DNA of 63,664 nucleotides, counting the filler, from Nitrospirota bacterium (GTDB lineage: Bacteria; JACPQY01), in assembly GCA_016180645.1 (NCBI GenBank). It is 3 parts of 3 records of this genome, joined end to end, with 100 filler letters (N's around TTAATTAATTAA, not from the genome) between each part and the next. Parts side by side here need not be neighbours in the genome. Positions count along the whole stretch, not along the records: positions 29,750 to 36,397 come from JACPAV010000046.1; positions 36,498 to 63,664 come from JACPAV010000042.1; 1 more part is not named here. One strand, given 5' to 3'. A program made the translations under genes and the position numbers. Numbering within the stretch: position 1 is the first letter of the stretch; every line of letters starts with the position of its first letter. Positions 29,750-39,361 of this stretch are shown here, piece by piece. The notes beneath the pieces were generated by a model. It had not been told where the DNA came from. It was given only the letters and a program-made list of their open reading frames with translations, and made no database searches.

Positions 29750-30204
29750 GGATGGGAAGGTATCTTCAGCCACCGCTCAAGCGATTCGTAGGGGAGCATC
29801 TTCAGATGCTCCCTCTTGTCGGGAGGGTCTGAAGACCCTCCCCTACGCATAATGACCAACACAAACCTTTCAAAAAATGGCAAGAGTCGAGTTTAGAGCC
29901 TCTGACAGAATGCCGATTCGTAGGGGAGCATTTTCAGATGCTCCCTCTTGTCCTTGCCTCCTCGTAGGGGAGCACCTTCAGGTGCTCCCTCTTGTCGGGA
30001 GGGTCTGAAGACCCTCCCCTACGCATCATGACCAACACAAACCTTTCAAAGAATGGCAAAAGTCGAGCTTAGAGCCTCTGACAGAATGCCGATTCGTAGG
30101 GGAGCACCTTCAGGTGCTCCCTCTTGTCGGGAGGGTCTGAAGACCCTCCCCTACGCATCATGACCAACGTAAACCTTTCGAAGAATGGCAAAAGTCGAGC
30201 TGAG
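29750..30204. repeat. Tandem array of GTAG-type REP doublets within MITE-like units
   Basis: GTAGGGGAGCAYCTTCAGRTGCTCCC paired with GGGAGGGTCTGAAGACCCTCCCCTAC three times, plus one extra left half; each unit ends in AATGGCAARAGTCGAG. Confidence 0.9.
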
Positions 30205-30212
30205 GTATCCCG

Positions 30213-31091
30213 TCAGGATCGCGTGCAGAAGAGATTCACCTTCCACGATGGGTCTGACCGGCGAAGCATGTCCGAGCTGAGCGGCCCGAGAGAGCGCGAC
30301 TCGTCATTGATGGCTTGAATCGAGAAGCCCAGTTCGCGGATTTGCCGCACGAACGCGTCCGGTGGAGTGCCGCCGCTTCGCAGCAACACGGGAGCAAGCT
30401 CCAACAAGAGGACCAAGTCGCGATTCCGGCTCAATGTTTTTTTCATTCCCTTGAGCGCGTACGGTTCATGGCCTTCGATGTCCATCTTGATGACATCAAC
30501 CTTTTCGGAACCGATCTCGTCGTCCAGGGCGACGCATTCGACCTTAAGTTCTCCCTTCGTTCGGATGTCAGGGTGCGGATACAACCCGTGTGAGTGCGAG
30601 CCCTCGGAAAGCAGGATGGATGCCGTGCCCGACTCCTCTCCCACGGCTTTGGGCACAATCGTTACGATTCCACCGCACTCATGCAGGTCGATGTTGCGCC
30701 GCAGGACCGTGAGATTGGTGGGGACCGGCTCGAAGGCAAGCACTCTTCCCTCCGCACCCGTCTTCCGGGCCGCGAGGACCGAGAAGTAACCGAACTGAGC
30801 GCCGACATCAACCACCCGGGCGCCGCGCCGGACGCTCTCCGTGAAAAGCTGCGCGGTGAACGGCTCGTACGGTTTCGAATGATAGGCGTCGAAGTCGGCC
30901 GTGTCCGCGTAGACGTACAGGGGAACTTCGCCCACGCGGGTGAGAATGAGGCTGTCGCGCGCCAGGAGCCGCAAGAGGACCGATCGACCCCTCCGTTTGA
31001 GAATCCGCACGATTCTTGAGCGTCCCAACAGCGTCTTGTTCAAAGAGAGGTTCAGCGCCTTGGCGGACTGGAGAATGCGCCCTCTGACCAT
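30213..31091 (-). CDS. FkbM family methyltransferase
   Basis: VVDVGAQFGYFS, AFEP, IKMDIEGHE; start placed at MVRG (31091). Confidence 0.9.
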   Translation of the reverse strand: MVRGRILQSAKALNLSLNKTLLGRSRIVRILKRRGRSVLLRLLARDSLILTRVGEVPLYVYADTADFDAYHSKPYEPFTAQLFTESVRRGARVVDVGAQFGYFSVLAARKTGAEGRVLAFEPVPTNLTVLRRNIDLHECGGIVTIVPKAVGEESGTASILLSEGSHSHGLYPHPDIRTKGELKVECVALDDEIGSEKVDVIKMDIEGHEPYALKGMKKTLSRNRDLVLLLELAPVLLRSGGTPPDAFVRQIRELGFSIQAINDESRSLGPLSSDMLRRSDPSWKVNLFCTRS

Positions 31092-31138
31092 TCGCGCAAG
31101 ATAGCCTACCGAACGACGGGGTTCAACAGTCCCCGGAG

Positions 31139-33328
31139 GTGGACGTGGAATATCGGACTTGCTACAAGGTCCCGATGCGGTCGCTTCGGAACGTGATGGC
31201 CCCGGGTAGTGTCGAGAGCCCGGCAGGCGGCAGAGGCCTCGGTTCTTCCACGGCGACGAGGGCCGGAGCCGTCGATGGGCTCGTCCAACTGCTGGCCGCA
31301 CTCGTTCTCACCTGGCCCCTCGCGCCTCACCTCTTCGATCGCCTTGGAGGGAACGCTGGTGATCCCCTGCAAACGCTCTGGTCTTGGTGGTGGCTGCACG
31401 ATGCCATCATGTCGTTGAAGAATCCCTTCTTTTCGGACCACGTGTACCATCCCCAGGGGGCGACGCTGATCTTCCAAACATTCGACCTCCCAAGCGCGGC
31501 GATCGCCTTCCCGTTTTGGGGGGTGCTGCCTCCTGTAGCGATTTACAACGTCGCGGTTCTCTTTGCGTTCATTCTGACCGGGTATGGGATGGTGCGGCTG
31601 CTCCGCGAGCTTGGAGTGGACCGGTTCACCGCGCATGGCATGGCGATCCTTTTCTCCGCCACGCCCTACCACATGGCGCACGCCATGGGCCACCAACAGC
31701 TGGTCAACATGGGCTGGATCCCGCTCTTCCTCGTGCGCGCGCACCGGCTGCTCGCAGGGCGCGGGACGCTTCGCGACGGCGTGTGGGGCGGATTCCACCT
31801 GGCTCTGGCCACCCTGGCAAGCTGGTACCACCTCCTGTTCGTCATGGTGTTGATCCCCTTTCTCGCTCTCCACGCACTGATCGCCCATCGCCGTACGGTG
31901 GCGACCGGACGTCTTTGGGGACGGCTCGTGTCGCTCGGGGTCATCTTCCTCGCGTTGGCGGGTCCGCTCCTGCGGGCGGTGATGATCGAGCGGAACAAGG
32001 AGCCCGTTGAGGGCGCCCACGATTCGGCCGAATACTCCGCCGATCTGGAGGCTTTCTTCATCCCGAATGAAATCCAAGCGTGGTCCCGATGGACAGGGGC
32101 GAAGGCGCGGCAATGGACGGGGAACAAGGCGGAAACCGCTGTGTACACAGGGTACGTTGTCCTGACCGGCGCAATCGCCGGGATCGTCCTCGGGGGGGGG
32201 GCAGCGCGGGTCTATGGCTTGGCGGGTCTTGCGGCGGCCGTCCTCTCAATGGGTCCCTACCTGCAAATCGGCGGCGAGATCCACCGCGACGTTCGAATGC
32301 CCTACCTGATGCTGGAACGGCTCCTGCCTCCCATTCAGTTCATGGGCGTTCCCTCCCGGCTCGGGTACGTCATGTACCTGGGGCTCCTCGTCTCCATGGG
32401 CCTCGGCTTGACCCGGCTGTGGGAGAAGCGGATCCGATCCGGCCAAAATCGGAAAGCGTTCGTTTTGGGCATCGGCGTGTTCTCTGTGGTGCTCCTCGAA
32501 TACGCCCCGCGGCAGATTCGGACCACCCGTCTCCAGGTCCCGGCGCCAATGCGGGAATGGGCCCAGGATACGGATTCATACGCCGTGTTGGACCTATCCG
32601 ACCCTTACTTGATGTTGTGGCATGCCATGCATCACCGCAAACCCATCGTCGGAGGCAATCTCTCGCGAACGCCCGAGCGATTGAGCGGCTGGTACAACGC
32701 CCTGGAGATGGTTCAGGCCACCGACCATCCGACGCCGAGGCCCGCGCCGATCTTCACGCGCATCGATCCGGACGTTTCCTTCGATTGGGGCGACGGTTCG
32801 CCGGACCCGCGGTTGGAGCCGGATGGGTTCCGCATCGAGTGGTCGGGCTACCTCAAAGTACCCGCCGGCGGAAACTGGATCTTTCACGTGGCCTCCGACG
32901 ACAGCGCCTCGCTTTGGATCGACGAGAAACTCATCGTGGAGATCCCCGGTGTTCACCCCTTGGAATGGAAGTCCGGTCGGGTGCGCCTCGAAAAAGGGCG
33001 TCACCCGATCCGCCTCAACTACGAGGAAGGCACGGGCAAGGCCGGCGTGATTCTCCAGTGGGAATGGCCGGGCATCGGCCGACTGGACATTCCGGCTGAA
33101 GCCTTGACCACCGATGATGGCAAGCCCGGCCTCGAAGGCACCTACTCCAAGTTCGTGGCAGGATGCGGCAGGGATCCCCAAGGCATCCTCCGGCAATTGA
33201 GAGACTTGCAGGTCCGATATGTCGTGACCCGCGATGGCGGCGACGACACCTGCGTTGCGACGGACCTCGGAATGGAGAAGACCTACGAAGGAGAAGGAGT
33301 CCGCATCCACCGCGTCGGCTCGCCTTGA
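31139..33328 (+). CDS. Multi-pass GT-C-like membrane protein with a PA14 domain
   Basis: GDPLQTLWSWWW..NPFF..VYHP N-terminus, many TM helices, PA14 motifs (FDWGDGSP, SDDSASLWID, YEEGTG); start uncertain. Confidence 0.75.
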   Translation: MDVEYRTCYKVPMRSLRNVMAPGSVESPAGGRGLGSSTATRAGAVDGLVQLLAALVLTWPLAPHLFDRLGGNAGDPLQTLWSWWWLHDAIMSLKNPFFSDHVYHPQGATLIFQTFDLPSAAIAFPFWGVLPPVAIYNVAVLFAFILTGYGMVRLLRELGVDRFTAHGMAILFSATPYHMAHAMGHQQLVNMGWIPLFLVRAHRLLAGRGTLRDGVWGGFHLALATLASWYHLLFVMVLIPFLALHALIAHRRTVATGRLWGRLVSLGVIFLALAGPLLRAVMIERNKEPVEGAHDSAEYSADLEAFFIPNEIQAWSRWTGAKARQWTGNKAETAVYTGYVVLTGAIAGIVLGGGAARVYGLAGLAAAVLSMGPYLQIGGEIHRDVRMPYLMLERLLPPIQFMGVPSRLGYVMYLGLLVSMGLGLTRLWEKRIRSGQNRKAFVLGIGVFSVVLLEYAPRQIRTTRLQVPAPMREWAQDTDSYAVLDLSDPYLMLWHAMHHRKPIVGGNLSRTPERLSGWYNALEMVQATDHPTPRPAPIFTRIDPDVSFDWGDGSPDPRLEPDGFRIEWSGYLKVPAGGNWIFHVASDDSASLWIDEKLIVEIPGVHPLEWKSGRVRLEKGRHPIRLNYEEGTGKAGVILQWEWPGIGRLDIPAEALTTDDGKPGLEGTYSKFVAGCGRDPQGILRQLRDLQVRYVVTRDGGDDTCVATDLGMEKTYEGEGVRIHRVGSP

Positions 33329-33411
33329 ACCGTGAAAGCCCATGCGCCGGCTGTTTGTAAGCACCGGGAAGGTGGAGTAGATTTCCCGACAAGAACGAGC
33401 CGCCACTCCTC

Positions 33412-34083
33412 ATGGACGCCACCAAACAAATCCGTGATTTTTTCGAGGAGGTCTCGCCCGATTTCGCTGGAAGTATCCACCCGTATGCCGCGCGAAGGCG
33501 GGGTGAGGCGCTCAGCCTTCATGCGAAGGGAGACATCCTGGAAGTCGGCTGCGGATCGGGGGCTGTCACCACCCACCTCGCTCGCAAAGGGAGGGTCGTG
33601 GCGGGCGATGTGGCACACGGCATGGTTCGGCAGACGTGCGCGTCGCTCCGCGTTCCCGGCGTGGTCTTCGACGGGTGCGCCTTTCCCTTCCGCGACCATT
33701 CCTTCGATACAGTGGCCTGCGCCGAGGCGATCTACTATCTGAACCGGCCTCTGGATCTCATACGGGAAGCCCATAGGATTCTGCGGCCCGGCGGCCTCCT
33801 GGCCCTGACGTGTATGGTCGGGTTCTGGCAGCGGGTGGATCGAACAAGAATCCGTCTTGGGCGCCTTGGCCTGTGGATTGGGTCGGAGGTCCCTCCGCTT
33901 CCAAACATCCTGCCGCAGCATGAGGTGAAGAGGGGAATAGTGGAACTTGGTTTTGCACTCCAAGAAAGTCGGCCGATGATCCTGTTTCCTTCCGATCGTC
34001 TCGACGGCCTTAACCGGTGGTTGGAGAGGACTCCGCTCGGCCGAGGTGCTATTTTCTGGGTATTGACCGGTGAGAAAAGATAG
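33412..34083 (+). CDS. Class I SAM-dependent methyltransferase
   Basis: ILEVGCGSG, PFRDHSFD, RILRPGG. Confidence 0.9.
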   Translation: MDATKQIRDFFEEVSPDFAGSIHPYAARRRGEALSLHAKGDILEVGCGSGAVTTHLARKGRVVAGDVAHGMVRQTCASLRVPGVVFDGCAFPFRDHSFDTVACAEAIYYLNRPLDLIREAHRILRPGGLLALTCMVGFWQRVDRTRIRLGRLGLWIGSEVPPLPNILPQHEVKRGIVELGFALQESRPMILFPSDRLDGLNRWLERTPLGRGAIFWVLTGEKR

Positions 34084-36067
34084 GGCTTCCTCCATCCGTT
34101 TTCTGGCTCTTGCGTGGCTTGGCCTCGTGATCGCCGCGGGGAGCATCTGGATCGTGCTGGACAATTCGGGACCCGCGGCATGGGATCAGAGTCGCCACGC
34201 TCGCAACGCCCTGGCCATGCTCGACATCCTCCGCGATGCGGGAGGCCGGCATTCGCTATTCGACTTCCTTTACTACTACGATTTCTACCCGCCCCTGAGC
34301 TACCTCCCAACGGTTCTCTTTCACCTGATTTTCGGACGGGAATACGACGTTGCGTGCTTCTCCACTCTTCTGTTCTGGATACCGCTTCTATTCCTATCAA
34401 CCGTTGCCGTCGGACGCCGGCTCATGGGCGCTCGCGCGGGCTGGCTGGCGGGATCCGCGATCCTTTGCCTTCCCAGCGTCGTAGCCCTGTCAAAAGACTA
34501 CCTCACCGACCTCCAGACCGGTGCAATGACTTCGGTGGCGATGTGGGGGCTATTGCGGTCGAATCTTCTGTTGACCCCCCGCAGATCTCGTGTGGTGCAA
34601 GCCGGATTGATCCTTGGGGCCTGCATGTTGACGAAGTGGTCCATGCCCGCCTTCCTGGCCGGCCCCGTCCTGATCGCTTCGATCCGAGGGCTGAGAAGAC
34701 AGCCTGCCCGATTCATCGGGAATGCAATGCTGGCCGGCGGGATCGCGGCCTTGATGGTCTTACCTTGGTATTTTCCGAATCGGCGCGACATCGTCCGCGC
34801 TCTCTTCTTCTCCGTGGAATACGGCGGGGATTTGGGCTACCCGGACCCTCTCTCACTGTCATCGTTCCTGTGGTATGCCCGCGCTCTTGTGGAATCGCAC
34901 CTCACCCTGCCGGTCGTCATCCTGTTTGCCGGCGGCATGGCGGTTCTTGCGAAGCGGCGGAAGCCGGTTCTTGTGCTCTTGCTGCTGAGCCTGAGCCTGT
35001 CGTGGCTCGTGCTCACGGTCATGCGAAACAAGGAAGCACGATTTGCGATGGCTTTCCTTCCCTACGTCTGCTGGGTGATCGCGGGCACCCTGTCGCGACC
35101 AAAGCAGAGGACTGGAGTCTGGGTCGCCGGAGTTCTGGCTGCTGTGGGTGTTTTTTCTCTTTCGGGAGTCCTGTTTCGCCTGCCGGTCCTCCCCGAGCGG
35201 GTAGGCGGTGGATTCTACACACTGCTGAATCAGGAGCCGTACTGGTGGTCACAACCTCCAGCGGCCGTTGCGCCTGACCCCGCGAAAGAGGCCGAGCAAC
35301 TGTTTCGAAGTCTCTGGACATGCCTGCGGCCAAGGGAACATCCCCAAGCAGGGGTAGTGGATGTACGGCTTGATCACACGAGAATCGATCCCTACAGGAT
35401 CGACTACTACGCCGTTCTCAACCATAGGGCGGTAAGGGTTCTGATCGGACCGGATGCCCCCTTCTTGGACAGCAGGGGCTGGCCGCCGGCGGGCCCGGGG
35501 GGTGCGGAATTTGTGATCGTCCCCGGGCGCGATACTGAGGTTGAGGATTATCAGCCTTTGGCTCTACTCCATAATCCAGGAGGGATCCTCGGTGGGGATG
35601 TGAAGTTGATGAATTCAACTCAGGTGTTAGGGGACTCGAAATCGCCGCGCGTCGCGGCCTTGTTTGCCGATCCTGAATACAATAATGCCGCGTGCCTCCT
35701 CTCTTCCCGAATTATTGAGACCGCCGTGTCAATGGGCGGGCGTTCGGGCCTCCAATTGGAGTGGATGGTCGGCTCCCGTGGGGTGGGACACCGCTTTGAG
35801 TATGTGCGCCAAGTTCAGGCCAATGGCCCGTCGCCCTTTCGCCTTGAATGGATCGGCCCCTCGACATGGGCGACCGGCGAGCGCAAGACGGAAACGGTCC
35901 AACTTCAACTACCCGATTCCATCACGCCCGGAGACTACGATCTGGTGCTATCCCTGCTTAGACGACCCAAGAGACACGACGAGAAACCGCTCCCAACCCG
36001 CTTGGTCGTGATCGGTAAGTTGGCGGAGAGTTCAGCCGTCCCCCTGGGTCGGATCCGAATCCGATAG
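34070..36067 (+). CDS. ArnT/PMT-like membrane glycosyltransferase
   Basis: WDQSRH, YPPL, YLTD, LTKW, PWY, NKEARF plus TM helices. Confidence 0.8.
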   Translation: MRKDRASSIRFLALAWLGLVIAAGSIWIVLDNSGPAAWDQSRHARNALAMLDILRDAGGRHSLFDFLYYYDFYPPLSYLPTVLFHLIFGREYDVACFSTLLFWIPLLFLSTVAVGRRLMGARAGWLAGSAILCLPSVVALSKDYLTDLQTGAMTSVAMWGLLRSNLLLTPRRSRVVQAGLILGACMLTKWSMPAFLAGPVLIASIRGLRRQPARFIGNAMLAGGIAALMVLPWYFPNRRDIVRALFFSVEYGGDLGYPDPLSLSSFLWYARALVESHLTLPVVILFAGGMAVLAKRRKPVLVLLLLSLSLSWLVLTVMRNKEARFAMAFLPYVCWVIAGTLSRPKQRTGVWVAGVLAAVGVFSLSGVLFRLPVLPERVGGGFYTLLNQEPYWWSQPPAAVAPDPAKEAEQLFRSLWTCLRPREHPQAGVVDVRLDHTRIDPYRIDYYAVLNHRAVRVLIGPDAPFLDSRGWPPAGPGGAEFVIVPGRDTEVEDYQPLALLHNPGGILGGDVKLMNSTQVLGDSKSPRVAALFADPEYNNAACLLSSRIIETAVSMGGRSGLQLEWMVGSRGVGHRFEYVRQVQANGPSPFRLEWIGPSTWATGERKTETVQLQLPDSITPGDYDLVLSLLRRPKRHDEKPLPTRLVVIGKLAESSAVPLGRIRIR

Positions 36068-36149
36068 TGGCCGAGTTTCAGTGTTCGAGCCGGTGAGTCA
36101 AACGCGGCTTGAATGAGAATATGCGGCGGCCTCCCGATGGATCCAGCGT

Positions 36150-36305
36150 CTTGAAAAAGGTCGGGAGAGGATTATTGAAGAGAAGTACGTTCGCGGAGCG
36201 CCCGATTTGGTGGTTGAGGTTCGCTCACCGACACACCTGGACCGGGATCGGGTAGTCAAGAAGAAGCTGTATCACAAGTTCGGCTTGAAGGAGTATTGTG
36301 TTCTG
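36150..36305 (+). pseudogene. Uma2 (DUF820) endonuclease fragment
   Basis: GAPDLVVEVRSP...DRVVKKKLYHKFGLKEY; N- and C-terminal parts missing. Confidence 0.75.
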
Positions 36306-36397
36306 TCCCGGAGCTTATGTCCCAGGTCCCCCTGGGGTAAATGGGTTACAGTTTTCGGTCCCATGGGAGGTCATTTCATGGCCTCTGGCAATCATAG

Positions 36398-36497
36398 NNN
36401 NNNNNNNNNNNNNNNNNNNNNNNNNNNNNNNNNNNNNNNNNTTAATTAATTAANNNNNNNNNNNNNNNNNNNNNNNNNNNNNNNNNNNNNNNNNNNN
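36398..36497. other. Assembly gap with artificial all-frame stop linker
   Basis: N-run containing TTAATTAATTAA. Confidence 0.98.
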
Positions 36498-36833
36498 TCC
36501 ACCCCGAACCCCTTCGGTCGTACCGGCACGAACCCCATTAGCGGCACCCCCTCGGACGCCATCGGCCGCACCACCTCGAACGCCCTCGCCGTCGATTTCA
36601 AGGTCCGCCACACCGCGCGTGTCGCCTGCGAGCGCGTCGGGATCATCCGATGCCAGCCCGTTGAGCGCCGCCGCCTGAGAAGCGCTGAGCGGGACCGCCA
36701 CCTCCAGGGGAACGCCTCCTTCGCCGGCGCCGTCCTTCTTGGTGCAGCCGAATATGGCCAGGGCCGCGAGCAGGCCGGCTCGGCCGAATGCGGATGTCAT
36801 GACGAAACTGCGGCCAAGTGTGGAGCGGATCAT
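36498..36833 (-). CDS. N-terminus of a lipoprotein with GVRGG repeats, truncated by the gap; paralog of 57037-61947
   Basis: AAGGAGG RBS; lipobox AIFGC; EVAVPLSASQAAALNG..VADLEIDG..GVRGG resembles [28 protein letters not shown]. Confidence 0.75.
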
Positions 36834-36885
36834 GCAGAACCTCCTTACCGGACGGACGTCTCCCCGTGAAATCATGCTGACGGCC

Positions 36886-36914
36886 ACGCTAACTGACCGT
36901 TCAGATACTGTCAA
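36886..36914 (-). promoter_or_regulatory. Sigma70-type promoter
   Basis: TTGACA-N17-TAGCGT on the minus strand, upstream of 36833. Confidence 0.55.
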
Positions 36915-37043
36915 CGGTAATCTGTAGTGATTTCAGCTACTTGTAGATATATTGGGTCGTAATTGATTTTCCGGCGGGACCCTGTTGGTTGCCTCGCGCA
37001 AGAGGCTATCCGAGTTCAGGGTGACGGTTTTGCGACAAGGAGG

Positions 37044-37508
37044 TCAGCCTAGCCGGCGGCCTTCCTTGCGCATTTCCCGAAGGAGATCCTGCTTCTTGAT
37101 GTCGTCTCTACGGTCGCGATCTTCCTTGCGGCGTACGACGGCAATCTCGACCTTTACGCGATGGTTTTTCAAGTAAACCTTGAGGGGAATGAGGGTGGTG
37201 TTCTTCATGGACCACTTACCCACGATGCGGTCGATTTCGGCGCGGTTGAGGAGAAGTTTCCTTGGACGCATGGGGTCGTGGTTCCAGATGCCCCCCTCGG
37301 CATAGTGCATGATGTTCATGTTGTAGATGAAGATTTCGCCTTGCGCGAGCTTGGCGTAGCTCTCCTGGATGCTCGCGTGATGGCGGCGGAGCGATTTGAC
37401 CTCCGAGCCTTGCAGCACCATCCCGGCCTCGAAGGATTCCATAACAAGGAAATCCTTGAGGACGCGGCGATTGTGGCAGAGGACGCCTTCGGCGGGGGAT
37501 TTAGCCAG
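37044..37508 (-). CDS. smpB: SsrA-binding protein
   Basis: NRR..., EAGMVLQGSEVKSLR, NHDPMRPRKLLL, DRRDDIK; the conserved N-terminus extends upstream of ATG 37442 to a CTG at 37508. Confidence 0.92.
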   Translation of the reverse strand: MAKSPAEGVLCHNRRVLKDFLVMESFEAGMVLQGSEVKSLRRHHASIQESYAKLAQGEIFIYNMNIMHYAEGGIWNHDPMRPRKLLLNRAEIDRIVGKWSMKNTTLIPLKVYLKNHRVKVEIAVVRRKEDRDRRDDIKKQDLLREMRKEGRRLG

Positions 37509-37516
37509 GACCGCCG

Positions 37517-37600
37517 CCCTTCGACAGGCTCAGGGTGACCCTTCGACGGAGCTCAGGGTGAGCGGAAAAGATCCCGCTCGTGGTGAGCCGGTCGAACCAC
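37517..37600. repeat. CCCTTCGAC..GCTCAGGG-type REP-like cluster
   Basis: CCCTTCGACAGGCTCAGGG and CCCTTCGACGGAGCTCAGGG, then inverted GTGAGCCGGTCGAACC. Confidence 0.75.
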
Positions 37601-37614
37601 GCATCTTGGTCGGG

Positions 37615-39153
37615 CTACACCGGTTGGCGCCGGATGGCGCGAATCACGCCTTTGATGCGGTCGCCTACGCCGTTCCCGTAGATCACATCCAACGCCGCGG
37701 GTACGACGTCCGCCTTGGCCTTCGAGTAGTTGAACCACATCGGGTTCGGGGACTTGTAGCTCTTGTTCGTGTGGACGTGCCGGATCTCGCACATTTCGCG
37801 CAAGCCCATCGGGCCGTGCGTGCGGCCGATCCCGCTGTATTTCCAGCCCCCCCAGGGTGACTGGGCGATGCCGTAGGTGGCGCCGTGATCGTTGATGGAA
37901 ACGCTTCCGTATTCCAGCCGGGACGCGACCTCTTGGGCTTTGTGGCGATTCGACGTCCAGATGCTGGCTGTGAGACCGTAGGCCGAGTCGTTTGCCCGTG
38001 CAACCGCCTCGTCCACCTTGTCGAACGCCATGACCGGAAGGGTGGGGCCAAACGTCTCTTCCCGGATGGTGGTCATATCGTGGGTCACATCCGAGAGCAC
38101 GGTCGGCTTGTAGAAGTAGCCCTTGAGTTGGCGGTTCCGCTCGCCGCCGACGAGTATCTTCGCGCCGTGCTTTCGGGCATCTTCCACCTGGGTCTCCACC
38201 ACACGAAGCTGCCGTTCGCAGATGACCGGCCCGACATCGGTATCCGGATCCATCCCGTTTCCTTGGCGAAGCTTTCGCGTTTCCTCAACTACTCCATCAA
38301 GAAATGGCTTATAAATATCCTTTTGAACGTATAATCTTTCAACCGAGCAGCAGACCTGCCCGCAGTTTATGAACGCCCCCCATACCGCGCCCTTGATGGC
38401 GGTGGGGAGGTGGGCATCGCCCATGACGATCATAGGATCCTTCCCGCCCAGTTCAAGGACCACCGGTTTCAGGTCCTGGCCGGCCAGGGACATGATCTTC
38501 TTCCCGGTTCCCACGCTGCCGGTGAAGATGATTTTCTTAACGCGTGATCGCACCAGAGCTTCACCGGTTCGTCCGTCACCGGTGGCGACGCCCACGAGGC
38601 CGTCCGGGAATCCCGCCGCCTTGAACAGTTCTCCGATCTTGACTCCGGTGAGGGTCGTGAGTTCGCTGGGTTTGAGGACCGCGGCGTTGCCCGCCATGAT
38701 GGCTTGGATCAGGGGGCCCATGGCGAGGGAGAAGGGGAAGTTCCAAGGGGCGATCACGCCGACTACACCGAGGGGGGCGTATTCGAGGTAGCTCTCCCGG
38801 CGCATGAACTTCCACTTGCCGATGTCCAGAAATTCGCGGCGCAGGATTTCCTCCGCATGATTCGCGAAGTAGGTGACGAATTCCAGGACGGGAAAGATGT
38901 CGTACGCCACGGCCTCCACGAAGGGTTTGCCGTTCTCTTTGACAATGATTTCGGCGATCTCGCGTTTTTGTTTCCGGATTTCGTCCTTCAACCGGAGCAT
39001 GAGTTTGCGACGCTGCCGGAAGGTGGTTTTCTGCCAGCTTTCGAAGGCGGACCATGCCTTGTCGACGGCTCCGTCCACGCGAGCCTGGTCCCAAATGTCG
39101 ATTTCAGCGAGCAACTCCAGAGTTGCGGGATTCACGCACTTGATCTTTTCCAC
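37615..39153 (-). CDS. Aldehyde dehydrogenase
   Basis: PWNFP, FTGS, LELGGKDP, GQVCCS, EETFGP; GTG start with GGAGG RBS. Confidence 0.95.
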   Translation of the reverse strand: MEKIKCVNPATLELLAEIDIWDQARVDGAVDKAWSAFESWQKTTFRQRRKLMLRLKDEIRKQKREIAEIIVKENGKPFVEAVAYDIFPVLEFVTYFANHAEEILRREFLDIGKWKFMRRESYLEYAPLGVVGVIAPWNFPFSLAMGPLIQAIMAGNAAVLKPSELTTLTGVKIGELFKAAGFPDGLVGVATGDGRTGEALVRSRVKKIIFTGSVGTGKKIMSLAGQDLKPVVLELGGKDPMIVMGDAHLPTAIKGAVWGAFINCGQVCCSVERLYVQKDIYKPFLDGVVEETRKLRQGNGMDPDTDVGPVICERQLRVVETQVEDARKHGAKILVGGERNRQLKGYFYKPTVLSDVTHDMTTIREETFGPTLPVMAFDKVDEAVARANDSAYGLTASIWTSNRHKAQEVASRLEYGSVSINDHGATYGIAQSPWGGWKYSGIGRTHGPMGLREMCEIRHVHTNKSYKSPNPMWFNYSKAKADVVPAALDVIYGNGVGDRIKGVIRAIRRQPV

Positions 39154-39208
39154 GTTACCTCCGTTCGCTATGAGCGCAGTCAGCCACCGGATCATCCGGT
39201 GAAATGCG

Positions 39209-39332
39209 GTAGCCGCACCCTTCAGGGTGCGCTCCATGACGCAGGCGTAAAGCCCCATGCCACGGAGGGCATGGGACCATGCAATGTTGCCGCGCCTAGG
39301 ATGGCGCGGCATGTAACATGGCCTGCGGCTAC
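39209..39332. repeat. GTAG REP doublet interrupted by a two-hairpin insert
   Basis: GTAGCCGCACCCTTCAGGGTGCG...GACGCAGGCGTAAAGCC[insert]GCCTGCGGCTAC. Confidence 0.7.
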
Positions 39333-39361
39333 CGGTGTTGGAATCTGACAGCCGTGCGGGG

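Noticed and set aside
29750-30204. CRISPR array
   Set aside because: The sequences between the palindromes are themselves repeated rather than unique spacers, there are no cas genes, and GTAG ends indicate REPs.
36915-37043. tmRNA or riboswitch downstream of smpB
   Set aside because: No tRNA-like GGGG...CCA ends and no recognisable aptamer consensus.
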